NCBI GenBank assembly: GCA_951406725.2
Contig: OX597829.1
Location: 12,586,001-12,650,000 of the forward strand
Source: Octopus vulgaris
Lineage: Eukaryota
Reading direction: 5' to 3'
DNA: 64,000 nucleotides
Positions 12,657 through 25,446 of the stretch are shown here, piece by piece. The translations under genes and the position numbers were made by a program. The notes under the pieces were generated by a model that made no database searches, was not told the origin of the DNA, and was given only the letters and a program-made list of their open reading frames with translations. Position 1 is the stretch's first letter. The number at the start of each line of letters is the position of its first letter.

Positions 12657-14519
12657 ATGGCAGTGAACGCTGCAACCACTTGCGATAACAGCACTGTCAC
12701 CACCACCACTAACAACAACAACAACAAGACTACTACTGCTACCACCACCGCCTCCACCACCACCACCACCGCCACCTCAAATACTACCTCAACTACCAAC
12801 AACAACAACAATAACAATGACAACAAGAATAATAACATTTGCGCCACCATTTCGACATCTGCTGCCACGGCTGTCTCTTCTGCCACTGACACCACCGCCA
12901 ACAACAAAAACAACAATAGCAACAACAACAATCCCGTTCAGACCTTGTCTCCTCCAACAACAAGAACTGAAGGGAATAAACAAAAGACTGTGACCACCAA
13001 ACAAATTGACAAAAGCTGCTTGAATACAGGGATAAATTATGCAAGTAATTTTCCACCCCTTCCTACTTGCACAATCAAACCAAATACACCGATTTTACCA
13101 ACTGCAGCCAACAACAACATCACCACCAGCAACAACAATAACAAACCAACAACAAATTTCGCCGAGGAGATAAAAGAAAAAAAGACAACAGTATATTTTA
13201 CTGCACAACAAATAAAAGACACGAACATTTTAATAACAGAAGTAGATGGTATAGTAAAAATAAACATACCACAAGAAATATTAGAAGATGAAAAAAAAAG
13301 AACAATTATATATAAAATAATTAATAAGAAAACAAAAAATCCAGAGAAGGCTAACACAAGCAAAATCGAAAAATGCTTGAAACCCATCTGGAACTACAAA
13401 GAGTATGTGACCTGGTGGAACAAGTTCGCACACATACAAGTGGTCTTCTACACTGAAGAGTTGGCAAGACGTTTCTCAACGCTAACTCTTCATTCGGATG
13501 AACTTCAACTAACACCATGCTATCGTGGACAGAAAGTGACTAAGATCACTTTAAACAATGTCCCAAAAATAGCTAACAATCTATGGCTAGTAAAGGCCTT
13601 ATGTGTGAAAATGGAAGATTTCACAATTTTAGAAACCACGGTCACGGAGCACAAAAACTGGGTGGGAAAAAAAGTAGAATTTCTACTACATATAAACCAA
13701 GAGGACATAAAGAAAATACCCACCCAGATATGTGTATCAGAAGACCACAAGTTGTATGTGGTCGTCGATGGCAGAAGACCACGTTGCTACATATGCGGCA
13801 GTGAGCAACACCTAAAAAATGATTGCAAATCTGCCGCAAAAAAACAACAGCAACAACAACAGCAGCCGGAAAAAACAAATAAACCAGCTTTACTACCCAC
13901 ACCACGTTTTGCACGAACAGGACTAATCACAGAAAATCAACAAAAAACAAACCTCACCAACCAAACAACCACACCAACTGCACCAAGAACAGAAGCAACA
14001 CCACCAACAACAACAACCAAGAATAAACCAACTCCCAAACCAAGGACATCTGCCAAAAAGACACTCATCGAAAATGAAGAAACAATTACTACTCCAAATC
14101 CCCACAAAATTGATACCCCAAACAACACAACAATACCTACAATCACTCAAACACAAAATACCCACACCCCACCTCCAAAACCGCATACACCACAACCTAA
14201 CCCTCACCAACCAACACCAACAACAAAATCAACACAGTCTACAATAGACCCCAATATTTTCCCTCTTCCAAGCTCTGATTCTTCTGATTTGTCATTAGAC
14301 GAAGAAGACACAGAAGATTGGCAAATAGCCACAGGGGAGAGGGGAAAAAGGGGAAAAAAGAAAAGAAAAGATAACAAACAAAGCAGGAAGATTCACCACT
14401 CCCGAAACAAAAACATCCCCAGAAAACAAACACATCAACACAAACACACCATCATCAAACCCCCCAACAATGTTGACAGCCATAAACACAAACAACCACG
14501 ACCTAATGGAACACATTAG
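12657..14519 (+). CDS. LINE ORF1 (gag-like), 620 aa, CCHC zinc knuckle
   Basis: CYICGSEQHLKNDC knuckle; T/N-rich N-terminus and P/T-rich tail; lies upstream of the APE-RT ORF. Confidence 0.85.
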   Translation: MAVNAATTCDNSTVTTTTNNNNNKTTTATTTASTTTTTATSNTTSTTNNNNNNNDNKNNNICATISTSAATAVSSATDTTANNKNNNSNNNNPVQTLSPPTTRTEGNKQKTVTTKQIDKSCLNTGINYASNFPPLPTCTIKPNTPILPTAANNNITTSNNNNKPTTNFAEEIKEKKTTVYFTAQQIKDTNILITEVDGIVKINIPQEILEDEKKRTIIYKIINKKTKNPEKANTSKIEKCLKPIWNYKEYVTWWNKFAHIQVVFYTEELARRFSTLTLHSDELQLTPCYRGQKVTKITLNNVPKIANNLWLVKALCVKMEDFTILETTVTEHKNWVGKKVEFLLHINQEDIKKIPTQICVSEDHKLYVVVDGRRPRCYICGSEQHLKNDCKSAAKKQQQQQQQPEKTNKPALLPTPRFARTGLITENQQKTNLTNQTTTPTAPRTEATPPTTTTKNKPTPKPRTSAKKTLIENEETITTPNPHKIDTPNNTTIPTITQTQNTHTPPPKPHTPQPNPHQPTPTTKSTQSTIDPNIFPLPSSDSSDLSLDEEDTEDWQIATGERGKRGKKKRKDNKQSRKIHHSRNKNIPRKQTHQHKHTIIKPPNNVDSHKHKQPRPNGTH

Positions 14520-14816
14520 GTCAAACAGCAACATAACTGAAAACGACATAAAAACAAGTAACCACCCACGCACACCACCCCCACAACACATTAAAATAAT
14601 ACACGTAACCCAGAACACATACAGCACCTGAAATCTCTTTACTCTGATGCAGTAGGGAGATTTCAAAAGTATTCATCAAAGAAACTATACAAAAACCTCA
14701 TGGAAGAAGACTGTGAGGTGAAAAACAAAGGACTTTCGAACAACAAGTAACCTTTTCTCTCTCTCTTTCCTTTTTTGCACTTTCTTTTCGTGTGTAAAAC
14801 ACAATTTTATCGGAAC

Positions 14817-17800
14817 ATGCTCAGAATAGGCAGTATAAATGTACGTGGCTTGGGGTCGCCTTGGAAATAAGGCTACCTGTTAAATGACATCAAGTCACTA
14901 AATCTGAATATCATAGCCATCAGTGAGACCAGACTCCATAGCTTGCGGGCACTCCAGCACAGTTTCTGTACACATTTCAACATTTATTTTTCTCTGTGTC
15001 TACCGAGAATGGGCGGAGGTGGCACCGCGGTGCTTCTCCAGAAGAGTCTGGATCTCAAAGTAAGAGCAATTTTCATAGACCCGGAGGGTAGGCTGGTCGT
15101 TTTGGATGTCGATGGCAGCAATGAGTGTGCTTTTCGACTGATAACAGTTTATGCTCCGTCCTTGACAGGCCGACCAGATTTCTTTCGACGTCTAGAGTCT
15201 TTCATGGGAACGTCTCGTCCTTTACTTTTAGTGGGGGATTGGAATGCCACCCTGGACACGCATCTAGACTACGTGGGCAGAGATAGCAATAGAAGGGGAT
15301 GCAAATGCCTCAAAGACCTGCTCAGACGTTTCCAACTGTCTGACAGGTACCGACTGGACCACCCGAATGTGCCAATGTGGACATGGAGTAACCGCATCGG
15401 GTCGTCCAGATCATACTTAGAGTATTCTGCAGGACAATAGATAAAAATAGTGTAGGTTGTCCACAATTTCATATAGTCAGTTACACAGATCACAAGTTTG
15501 TGACTTGTACACTTGACTTAGATAAGACACATAGGCAGGGTCCTGGTTACTGGAAACTGAACGCGTCTTTTACAGCACGACAGGTTTACAGGGACCGGAT
15601 CAGCACATTAGTTAAGAGAGCTTTGACGGGTACCATCATCAACAACAGATGGTGGTATGCCTTAAAAAAAGCAATTAAAGCAGAATCAGTCAGATACAGT
15701 AAAGACCTAGCATTAGACCGAAATAGAATAGAGGGAGAATTAGTTAAGGTTTTAGAAGAGGCATTTAGAACTGGCATCGCGTCCACGTGCTGGCGGTGAG
15801 ATTGGCCCTCGACCAACACCTCAACGCCAAACATGAGGGATGCGTTGTCAGAGCTAGGATGCGTGCTCTGAGGAACGAAGGAGTTGGAGCCGCCCAAGAG
15901 GCCCGAGTGGTGGAGACGCAACGAGGCAACAGAGCCACCATCAAGTCTCTTATAGATGAACAGGGGCGCGAATTGCTTGAGCCTAAAAGGATGTGTGGGG
16001 CTTTTCAACAACACTTCACCCAACTGTTTGGGACAAGTGGTGGATCAGAACGCGGAGTGGACTTTAGTGCCTACCTGCATGCCTTGCCACGACTCTCAGC
16101 AAGAGAGGTGGAGTCTTGTGAAAGGCCTATCACAGCTGCGGACGTACAGGATGCGATGGAAGGCTGCGCGAGAGACAAGTCACCAGGCTTGGATGGTCTG
16201 CCCTGCGAACTTTATTTTCATATGCCAGACTTGTTTGGATGCGTCTTGGCAGCTGTCTACTGCAACTGGTAGCAAAACGGGAGTAGTCCTGCTTTTGTAA
16301 AGCGAGGAGCAGTGGCACTGATTAAGAAAGACCCAAACAAGTGGGACGTCATAGATCATTTCAGGCCCATCACTCTGCTCAACGCAGATTTCAAAATTTT
16401 GGCCAAGGTGTTAGCCGAGAGGTTGGCGCTTGTCATTAAGAAACTAATCGACAAGGCGCAAACATGCGCCGTGCCGGGTAGAAGTATTCATGACAACCTC
16501 CATCTGATGCGCTACATTATAGACAGGGTAGTTCAGAATCCTGGCATGGGTGGGGCGCTGATCAATTTGGATCAATCAAAAGCTTTCGATAGGGTAGACC
16601 ATCACTACTTGGAGGCTGTCCTTAAAGCGGCTGGTTTCGGTCCAGTTTTCCGCGGTTGGATCGCTGCCTTATACAGCGGCATCAGCTCAGTAGTTCGCGT
16701 AAATGGTCATCTATCCAGACCTTTTAACATCATGCGTTCGGTTCGTCAGGGATGTCCCCTCTCATCGCTGCTGTATGTATTGACTCTTGAGCCACTACTG
16801 CGGAAACTAACGACGCTGAGGGGCATCCCACGAAAGCTGGGATGCGGGAGGAGCGTGTCTGCATACGCGGATGACGTCACCATCATAGTGTCGAACTACG
16901 AGCACATCGAGCTGGTCGGCGAGACACTAAAAGAATACGAAGCGGTAACGGGAGCAAAAATTAACCGGGAAAAGTCAGTGGGCTTGCGGTTCGGCACCTG
17001 GAGAAGCAGGCCCATGCCTTCCAACAGCGTCTCCATCGTGGGACGCTGGACGGACGGACCGGTTAAATTGCTCGGGGTCTGGTTCGGTCGGGACCTCCAA
17101 ATGGAGAAGAACTGGGGCGAGATAACGACTAGTGTGGCTACTCTCACCCAGAAATGGGCTGAGAGAAATCTATCCCTAAAAGGTCGGGCGGAGGTGGCGA
17201 ACGCGTACATCGCATCCGTCATCGAGTATCGTCTGACCGTCGTGCCTTGTCCCGACCCTACCATCACCAAACTGGAATGTATACTCTTCCGCTTCTTGTG
17301 GAAGGGAAACGTTCCGACGGTTAGGCGATCCATTTGCTGTCAACACCCGCTAAATGGAGGGCTGGGCATGCCGTGGTTGATGATGCGCAGGCATGCGCTG
17401 AGACTGCGACATCTCCGGCGCTTCATAGACGACGGTGAACAGTTGTGGTCGCCTTTTGTGCGGCGCGCTTTCCCGCAGCTCGTCTCCTTGGACGAACTAC
17501 AGTCATGGATCAAGCAGAGACCGAGGCTAGGCGAATGGCACCGTGAGTGTCGCGTTGCTCTCAAGCAACCCTGCCGTCCGGGATCGAACTTGTGCGACTC
17601 CATCACAACAAAGGCATTCTATAGAGGATTAGTAGAGGGGAGGTGCGACGACGAACTCGGGCAGAGTCTGGGCGTCGACGAGGAACACCTGACCCGCCTG
17701 TTCAGGACAACTTTCGGGCCGGGACCTATGAACAATCACCAAAGATCCTTGGCCTGGCAGTGCTATGGAGAAGCATTACCTGTTCGGGATAAGCTCTACA

Positions 17801-18249
17801 GACACGGTTTCAGACACACTGGACCGACTTGCCCGAGATGCGGTCAGAGCGACGAAACCGTTCTGCACGCACTCGTGCAATGTCCAACCATTTCAGACCT
17901 GTGGGCTTATGCCGAACGGCTGCTGTCACGTGTGGGACGAATCCGCCTATCGGCCGAGTCTGTCGTGTGAATAGCTCCGCCCCCTTCCCTCAACCGGGAA
18001 GGCAAGGCAGTTTTCATCGTACTGGTGGCCATGGTGAAAGAATGTGTGTGGTGGACCCGAGCGAAAGGATTAGAGACAAACACTTACCTCTCTGGCCAGT
18101 CGCTCATCAACTTTTTCAAGTACCACTTGAAAAGGAAGGTGATAATGGAGAGGGAAGTTTTGTCTCGCGAAAGATTAAAAAAAAGATGGGTGAATGTTGC
18201 AAAGATGGTGCGTGCGAGTGACGAAACTATTTTGAGCATGATCCTGTAG
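14817..18249 (+). pseudogene. Disrupted ORF2 (APE endonuclease, RT, C-terminal Zn finger)
   Basis: MLRIGSINVRGL, VYAP, GDWN, YWKLN, KSPGLDG, FRPITLLNADFKIL, LDQSKAFDRV, RQGCPLS, YADD, CPRC..ETVLHAL..C; several stops and frameshifts. Confidence 0.9.
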
Positions 18250-18586
18250 ATCGTGAAAAAGAAAGAAAGTGAGCATTTTGATCTCATGTGGTTATTTCCT
18301 CCCTGACTGAGGTTCCCGTGGTCTTTTCTGTAGGCTTTTCTTCCCACGGATGAACCCAATCTTGTTTTATCAATGTTTTTATTATTATTTCTGTGATACA
18401 CGATTTCTTTTCTTTTTTTCCTCCTCTCGATCCCTTTTGATCGCAATCTTACATTTATTTTCTTTTTTTCCACCCTCGAAAAGAAAAGCTCTGCATATGT
18501 ATTTGTCCCCTCTGTATTCAGCCCTGTGTGGCTAATAAAAGAAAGTTATCTATCAATTTGTCTGTCTGTCTATCATCTATCTATCT

Positions 18587-21500
18587 CGATCGAAAGTATT
18601 CACTGACAGACCGGCTCCTAAGTCAAAACCTTTTTTTATTGTGTTTTTGAAAAAGTTTCGTGTCAACTTTTGCACATGGAGTGTGTAAGACACCCAGCTT
18701 TCGTCTGGGTGGGTTTTTCCGGAGGGGATTTTGCCCCTAGGGGCAATTTCAGCCTCGATTATATATCAAAACTTTTGATTAATAGCTTGTTTTCACACAA
18801 TGTCGCCGAAGCGTTCCTCATAACGCGTAGACGCTGTTCTTTCTCTCTCGTTTGCATCCATTTGTTTGCACTTTACATTTTCGGAGTTTTTCAACTTTTC
18901 AAACGCCCAACTTTCGTTTGGGTGTTTTTCAAATGTAGAATTCGCCCCTTGGGGCATTTTCATCAATTGATTTTTATTTTTCTAAAAAAAAAATGTCGAG
19001 AAATTTTATCGTAGAACAATATTCTACGATTTTTTCTAAAGAGGATTTCCCTGTTTTGGAAAAGACAGTCAACAAAGACGCTGATATAAAGAAAAATAAA
19101 ACTGAAATCAACACCACCACCACCACCACCAACATCAAAGCTACCATATCTGATAGAAATAACACTGACACAACAACCGTTAACAACAACAATAACAACA
19201 AAAATGAAGTAAATATAAATGTCCAGAATGTAACGATATCTGCTGCCACGGCTTTCGCTTCTGCCACTGACACCACCGCCAACTCCAACAACAATAACAA
19301 CAATAACAACAACAACAATTCCTTTCAGACCTTGTTTCCTCCAACACCAAGAACTGAAGGAGAGAGACAAAAGACCGCGACCACCAAACGAATTGCCGAA
19401 AGCTACTCAAACGCAGGGAAAAATTATGCAAGCAATTTTCCACCCCTTCCTACTTGCACAATCAAACATCAGACACCAAATACACCGAATTTACCAACTG
19501 CAGCCAACAACATCACCACCAGCAACAACAATAACAAAACAACAAATTTCGCCGAGGCGATAAAAGAAAAAAAGACAACAGTATCTTTTACTGCACAACA
19601 GATAAAAGATACCAAAACTTTAATAACTAAAGAAAATGGCAAAGTAAAAATAAACATACCACAACAAATACTAGAAAATGAAAAAAAGAAAACCATTATA
19701 TATAAAATAATCAACAACAAAACAAAAGTCCAGAAAAGGCGAACACAAACAAAATCGAAAAATGCTTGCAACCTATCTGGAATTTCAAAGAATATGTGAC
19801 CTGGTGGAACAAATTTGCGCACATACAAGTAGTTTTCCACACTGAAGAGTTAGCAAAACGACTCTCAACGCTATCTCTTCATTCGGATGAACTCACTATG
19901 ATACCTAGCTACCATGGACAGAGAGTAACTAAGGTCATATTAAACAATGTTCCACAAATAGCGGACACTCTATGGCTAACATCGGCCATATGTGTGGAAA
20001 TGAACGATTTTAACATGCTACAAACTACGGTCACTGAACACAAAAACTGGGTGGGAAAAAGAGTAGAAATTCTGCTACACATCGACCAAGATGCCATCAA
20101 CAAAATACCCACCCAGATATATATATCAGAAGACCACAAGTTGTATGTGGTCGCCGAAGGCAGGAGACCACGCTGCTACATATGCGACAGTGAGCAACAT
20201 CTAAAAAAAGACTACAAATCTGCCGCAAGAAAACAGCAGCAACAACAACAGCAGCCGGAAAAAACAAAAAAGCCAGCTTTATTACCCACACAACAGTTTG
20301 CACGAACAATAAAAGAACCGGTCAAAGAAAATCAACAAGAAACAAACCTACCCAACCAAACAACATCAACAGCAACAACAAAAGAGAAACCAACTCCCAA
20401 ACCAAGAACATCTACCAAAAAGACAAGCATCGAAAATAAAGAAGCAATTACTATTCCAAATGCCCCAAAACACACACCCCAAACACCACAACAATACCAA
20501 CAAAAACACAAACACAAAATACCCACACATCACCTCCAAAACCCATACATCACACCCTAACGCTCACCAACCAACACCAACAACAAAGTCAGCACAGCCA
20601 AAAATAGACCGGAATACTTTTCCCCTCCCACTCTCTGATTCCTCTGACATGTCATTAGATGAAGAAGACACAAAGGATTGGCAAATAGCCACAGGGGGAA
20701 GGGGAAAAGGGGAAAAAAAGAATAGAAAAGCTAACAAACAAAGCAGGAAGATTCACCACTCCCGAAACAAAAACATCCACAGAAAACGAACACATCAACA
20801 CAAACACACTATCACCAAACCCCCCAACAATGTCGACAGCCATAAATACAAACAATCACGACCTAATGGAATACATTAGGTCAAACACCGACATAACTGA
20901 AAACGATACAAAAACAAATAACCACCCACGCACAATACCACCACAACACATTAAAATAATACACGTAACACAGAACACACACAGTACCCTGAAATCTATC
21001 TACCCTGATGCAGTTGGGAGCTTTCAAAAATATTTATCAAAGAAACTTTAAAAAAACCTCATGGGAGAAGACTGTGAAGTGAAAAACAAAGGACTTTCGG
21101 ACAATAAGTAACCTTTCTCTCTCTCTTTTTTCTCATCTTCTTTTCGTGTGTAAAACACAATTTTTTATAGGAACATGCTCAAAATAGGCAGTATAAATGT
21201 ACGTGGCTTGGGGTCGCCTTGGAAACAAGGCTACCTGTTAAACGACATCAAGTCACTAAATCTGCATATCATAGCCATCAGTAAGACCAGACACCGCAGC
21301 TCGTGGGCACTCCAGCACATGTTCGGCACACATTTCAACATTTATTTTTCTCCGTGTCTACCGAGAATGGGCGGAGGTGGCACCGCGGTGCTTCTCCGGA
21401 AGAGTCTGGATCTCAAAGTAAGAGCAATTTTCCTAGACCCGGAGGGTAGGCTGGTCGTTTTGGATGTCGATGGCAGCAATGAGTTTGCTTTTCGACTGAT

Positions 21501-23259
21501 AACAGTTTATGCACCGTCCTTAACAGGCCGACCAAATTACTTTCGACGTCTAGAGTCTTTCATGGGAACGTCTCGTCCTTTACTTTTAGTGGGGGATTGG
21601 AATGCCACCTGGACACGCATCTAGACTACGTGGGAAGAGATAGCAATAGGAGGGGATGCAATTGCCTCAAAGACCTGCTCAGACGTTGCCAACTATCTGA
21701 CAGGTGCCGACTGGACCACCCGAATGTGCTGATGTGGACATGGAGTAACCGCATCGGGTCGTCCAGATCGTACTTAGATAGAGTATTCTGCAGGACAATA
21801 GATAAAAATAGTGTAGGTTGTCCACAATTTCATATAGTCAGTTACACAGATCACAAGTCTGTGACTTGTACACTTGACTTAGATAAGACACATAGCAGAA
21901 TCAATCGGGTACAGTAAAGCCCTAGATTTAGACCGAAATAGAATAGAGGGAGACTTAGTTAAGAGTTTAGAAGAGGCATTTAGAAATGGCATCGCGTCCA
22001 ACGTACTGGCAGCGAGGTTGGCCCTCGACCAACACCTCAACGCCAAACACGAAGGATGCGTTGTCAGAGCTAGGATGCGTGCTCTGAGGAATGAAGGAGT
22101 TGGAGCCACCCAAGAATCCCGAGTGGTGGAGACACAAAGAGGCAACAGAGACACCATCAAGTCTCTTACAGATGAACAGGGGCGCGAATTGCTCGAGCCT
22201 AAAAGGATGTGTGAGGCTTTTCAACAACACTTCACCCAACTGTTTGGGACAAGTGGTGGGTCAGAACGCAGAGTAGACTTTAGTGCCTACCTGCATGCCT
22301 TGTCACGACTCTCAGCAAGGCGGAGTCTTGTGAAAGGCCTATCACAGCTGCGGACGTACAGGATGCGATGGCAGGCTGCGCGAGAGACAAGTCACCAGGC
22401 TTGGATGGTCTGCCCTGCGAACTTTATTTTCATATGCCAGACTTGTTTGGATGCTTCTTGGCAGCTGTCTACTGCAACTGGCAGCAAAACGGGAGTATCC
22501 CTGCTTTTGTAAAGCGAGGAGCAGTGGCACTGACGGAGAAAGATCCAAACAAGGGGGACGTAATAGATAATTTCATCACTCTGCTCAACGCAGATTTCAA
22601 AATTTTGGCCAAGGTATTAGCCGAGAGGTTGGAGCTTGTCATCAAGAAACTAGTCGACAAGGCGCAAGCATGCGCCGTGCCGGGTAGAAGTATTCATTGC
22701 AACCTCCATCTGATGCGCTACATCATAGACAGGGTAGTCAAGAATCCTGGCATGGGTGGGGCGCTGATCAATTTGGATCAATCAAAAGCTTTCGATAGGG
22801 TAGACCATCACTACTTGGAGGCTGTCCTTAAAGCGGCTGGTTTCGGTCCAGTTTTCCGCGGTTGGATCGCTGCCTTATAAGCGGCATCCGCTCAGTAGTT
22901 CGCGTAAATGGTCATCTATCCAGACCTTTTAACATCATGCGTTCGGTTCGTCAGGGATGTCCCCTCTCATCGCTTCTGTATGTATTGACTCTTGAGCCAC
23001 TACTGCGGAAACTGGCACGCTGAGGGGCATCCCACGAGAGCTGGGATGCGGGAGGAGCGTGTCTGCATACGCGGACGATGTCACCATCATAGTGTCGAGC
23101 TACCAGCACATCGAGCTGGTCGGCGAGACACTAAAAGAATACGAAGCGGTAACGGGAGCAAAAATTAACCGGGAAAAGTCAGTAGGCTTGCGGCTCGGCA
23201 CCTGGAGAAGCAGGCCCATGCCGTCCAACAGCGTCTCCATTGTGGGACGCTGGACCGAC
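18587..23259 (+). mobile_element. Tx1/L1-clade LINE copy 2 (ORF1 18993-20879 frameshifted; ORF2 from 21175, broken off after RT)
   Basis: Collinear with copy 1; starts right after TATC/TGTC units; about 146-bp deletion near 21893. Confidence 0.9.
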
Positions 23260-25446
23260 AGAAGCGCCTACCTGACCGACCTGCCGCGGCTCTTGACAAG
23301 GGAAGCGGAGTGTTGTGAAAGTCCCATCACAGCCGCTGACGTGCGGGATGCGATGGCGGGCTGCGCGAGGGATAAGTCGCCTGGATTGGATGGTCTACCT
23401 TACGAGCTGTATTGTCAAATGCCAGACTTGTTTGGCGACCTCTTGGCATCAGTCTGCTGCAACTGGCAACAAAACGGGAGAATATCCGGTTTCGTGAGCC
23501 GAGGTGCAGTGACGTTGCTGAAGAAAGACCCAAACAAGGGGAATTTTATAGATAATTTCAGGCCCATCACTCTGCTCAACGCAAATTTGAAAATTTTGGC
23601 CAAAGTAATAGCCGAGAGGTTGACGCTTGTCATTGGTAAACTGGTCGACAGGGCGCAAACATGCGCCGTGCCGGGCAGAACCATACATGACAACCTCCAT
23701 CTGATACGCTACATTGTGGACAGGGTAGTTAAGGATCCTGGCATGGGTGGGGCGCTGATCAATTTGGATCAATCTAAAGCCTTCGATAGGGTCGACCATC
23801 GGTACTTGGCGGCCGTCTTCAGGGCGGCTGGCTTCGGTCCCGTCTTCCGCGGTTGGATCGCTGCCTTGTATAGCGGCATCAGATCGGTGATTCGGGTGAA
23901 CGGTCACCTGTCGAAACTGTTTGACATAATGCGTTCGGTCAGTCAGGGGTGTCCCCTGTCGGCGCTTCTGTATGTATTGACTCTCGAGCCGCTACTGCGG
24001 AAGCTGGCGACACTGTGGGGCATCCCACGGGAACTGGGTTGCGGGACGAGCGTGTCGGCATATGTGGACGATGTCACTGTCATAGTGCCGGGCGAAAAAC
24101 ACATCCAGATGATAGGCGAGACACTAAGAAAATACGAAACGGTGACGGGAGCGAGAATTAACGCGGAAAAGTCAGTGGGTTTGCTACTCGGAACCTGGAG
24201 AAGCAAGCCCATGCCGTCCGACTGCGGCTCAGTAGTGGGACGTTGGACGGACGGACCGGTTAAATTGCTCGGGGTCTGCTTCAATCCGGACCTCCAAATG
24301 GATAAAAACTGGGACGAGATCACGAGTAGAGTGGTCGCTCTCAGCCAAACATGGGCCGAGAGAAGGCTGTCTCTAAAAGGTCGGGCGGAGGTGGCGAACG
24401 CGTATATCGCATCCGTCATCAATTACCGCCTGACCGTCTTGCCTTGTCCCGACGCTACCATCACCAAACTGGAACGCATACTCTTCCGCTTTCTGTGGAA
24501 GGGTGGCGTTCCGATGGTGAGGCGGTCCATTTGCTGTCAACATCCGTTAAATGGAGGACTGGGTATGCCGTGGTTGATGATGCGCAGGCATGCGTTGAGA
24601 CTGCGACATCTCTGGAACTTCATCGATGACGGTGAACAGGTGTGGGCGCCGTTTGTGAGGCGTGCCTTCCCGCAGCTCGGATCACTGACGGAACTGCAAA
24701 CGTGGATCAAGAAGAGACTGAAACTGGGCGATTGGCACCGAGAGTGTCGTCAAGCTCTACAGCAGCTCTACCGTCCGGGCTCAAACTTGTGCAACTTACA
24801 AACGACTAAAGCGTTCTATAGAGGACTAGTGGAGGGGAGGTCCGACGACACACTCGGGGCAAACCTGGGCGTCGACGAAAAATTCCTAACCTGCTCTTTC
24901 AGGACGACGTTCGGGCCGGGGCGTATAGATAACTTCCAGAGATCCCTGGCTTGGCAATGTTATCGAGACGCACTACCCGTTCGAGAGAAGAGCTACAGGC
25001 ACGGTTCGAAAACTACCACCGGACCGACCTGCCCGAGATGCTGTCAGAACGACGTAACCGTTCTGCACGCACTCGTGCAGTGTCCAGATATTTCAGAGCT
25101 GTGGACCTTCGTCGAACAGCTGTTGTCGCGTGTTGGACGGGCCCGCTTATCGGCCGAGTCTTTCGTGAATATTGTTCCACCGCCTTCCTTTAAACGGGAA
25201 GGGAAAACGGTTTTCGTTACGCTGATGGCTATGGCGAAAGAATGTGTGTGGTGGACGCGTTTGAAAGGACTGCAAACAAACACCTTCCTCTCTGGTCAGT
25301 CTCTCGTCAACTTTTTCAAGTACCACAAAAGGAAGATGAGAATAGAGAGGAAGGCTTTGTCGAACGAATGTTTTAATAAAAGGTGGGTAAAAGTGGCAAA
25401 AATGGTCAGTATGAAAGACGACACTATTTTAAGCGTAAATCTGTAA
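23059..25446 (+). CDS. Chimeric 795-aa frame: end of copy-2 RT fused in frame to copy-3 RT and C-terminal domain
   Basis: Contains SAYADD at the start and a second complete RT (SAYVDD); junction VGRWTDR|SAYLTDLPRL. Confidence 0.8.
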   Translation: MSAYADDVTIIVSSYQHIELVGETLKEYEAVTGAKINREKSVGLRLGTWRSRPMPSNSVSIVGRWTDRSAYLTDLPRLLTREAECCESPITAADVRDAMAGCARDKSPGLDGLPYELYCQMPDLFGDLLASVCCNWQQNGRISGFVSRGAVTLLKKDPNKGNFIDNFRPITLLNANLKILAKVIAERLTLVIGKLVDRAQTCAVPGRTIHDNLHLIRYIVDRVVKDPGMGGALINLDQSKAFDRVDHRYLAAVFRAAGFGPVFRGWIAALYSGIRSVIRVNGHLSKLFDIMRSVSQGCPLSALLYVLTLEPLLRKLATLWGIPRELGCGTSVSAYVDDVTVIVPGEKHIQMIGETLRKYETVTGARINAEKSVGLLLGTWRSKPMPSDCGSVVGRWTDGPVKLLGVCFNPDLQMDKNWDEITSRVVALSQTWAERRLSLKGRAEVANAYIASVINYRLTVLPCPDATITKLERILFRFLWKGGVPMVRRSICCQHPLNGGLGMPWLMMRRHALRLRHLWNFIDDGEQVWAPFVRRAFPQLGSLTELQTWIKKRLKLGDWHRECRQALQQLYRPGSNLCNLQTTKAFYRGLVEGRSDDTLGANLGVDEKFLTCSFRTTFGPGRIDNFQRSLAWQCYRDALPVREKSYRHGSKTTTGPTCPRCCQNDVTVLHALVQCPDISELWTFVEQLLSRVGRARLSAESFVNIVPPPSFKREGKTVFVTLMAMAKECVWWTRLKGLQTNTFLSGQSLVNFFKYHKRKMRIERKALSNECFNKRWVKVAKMVSMKDDTILSVNL

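Larger units (their letters stand above)
12336..18546 (+). mobile_element. Near full-length Tx1/L1-clade LINE, copy 1
   Basis: 5' UTR, ORF1 with zinc knuckle, ORF2 APE-RT-CCHC, 3' UTR ending GCCCTGTGTGGCTAATAAAAGAAAGT followed by TATC repeats. Confidence 0.92.

Noticed and set aside
14334-14370. -1 programmed frameshift at G GGA AAA / A AAA AAG
   Set aside because: The -1 frame hits TAA almost immediately; the conserved downstream frame is +1.
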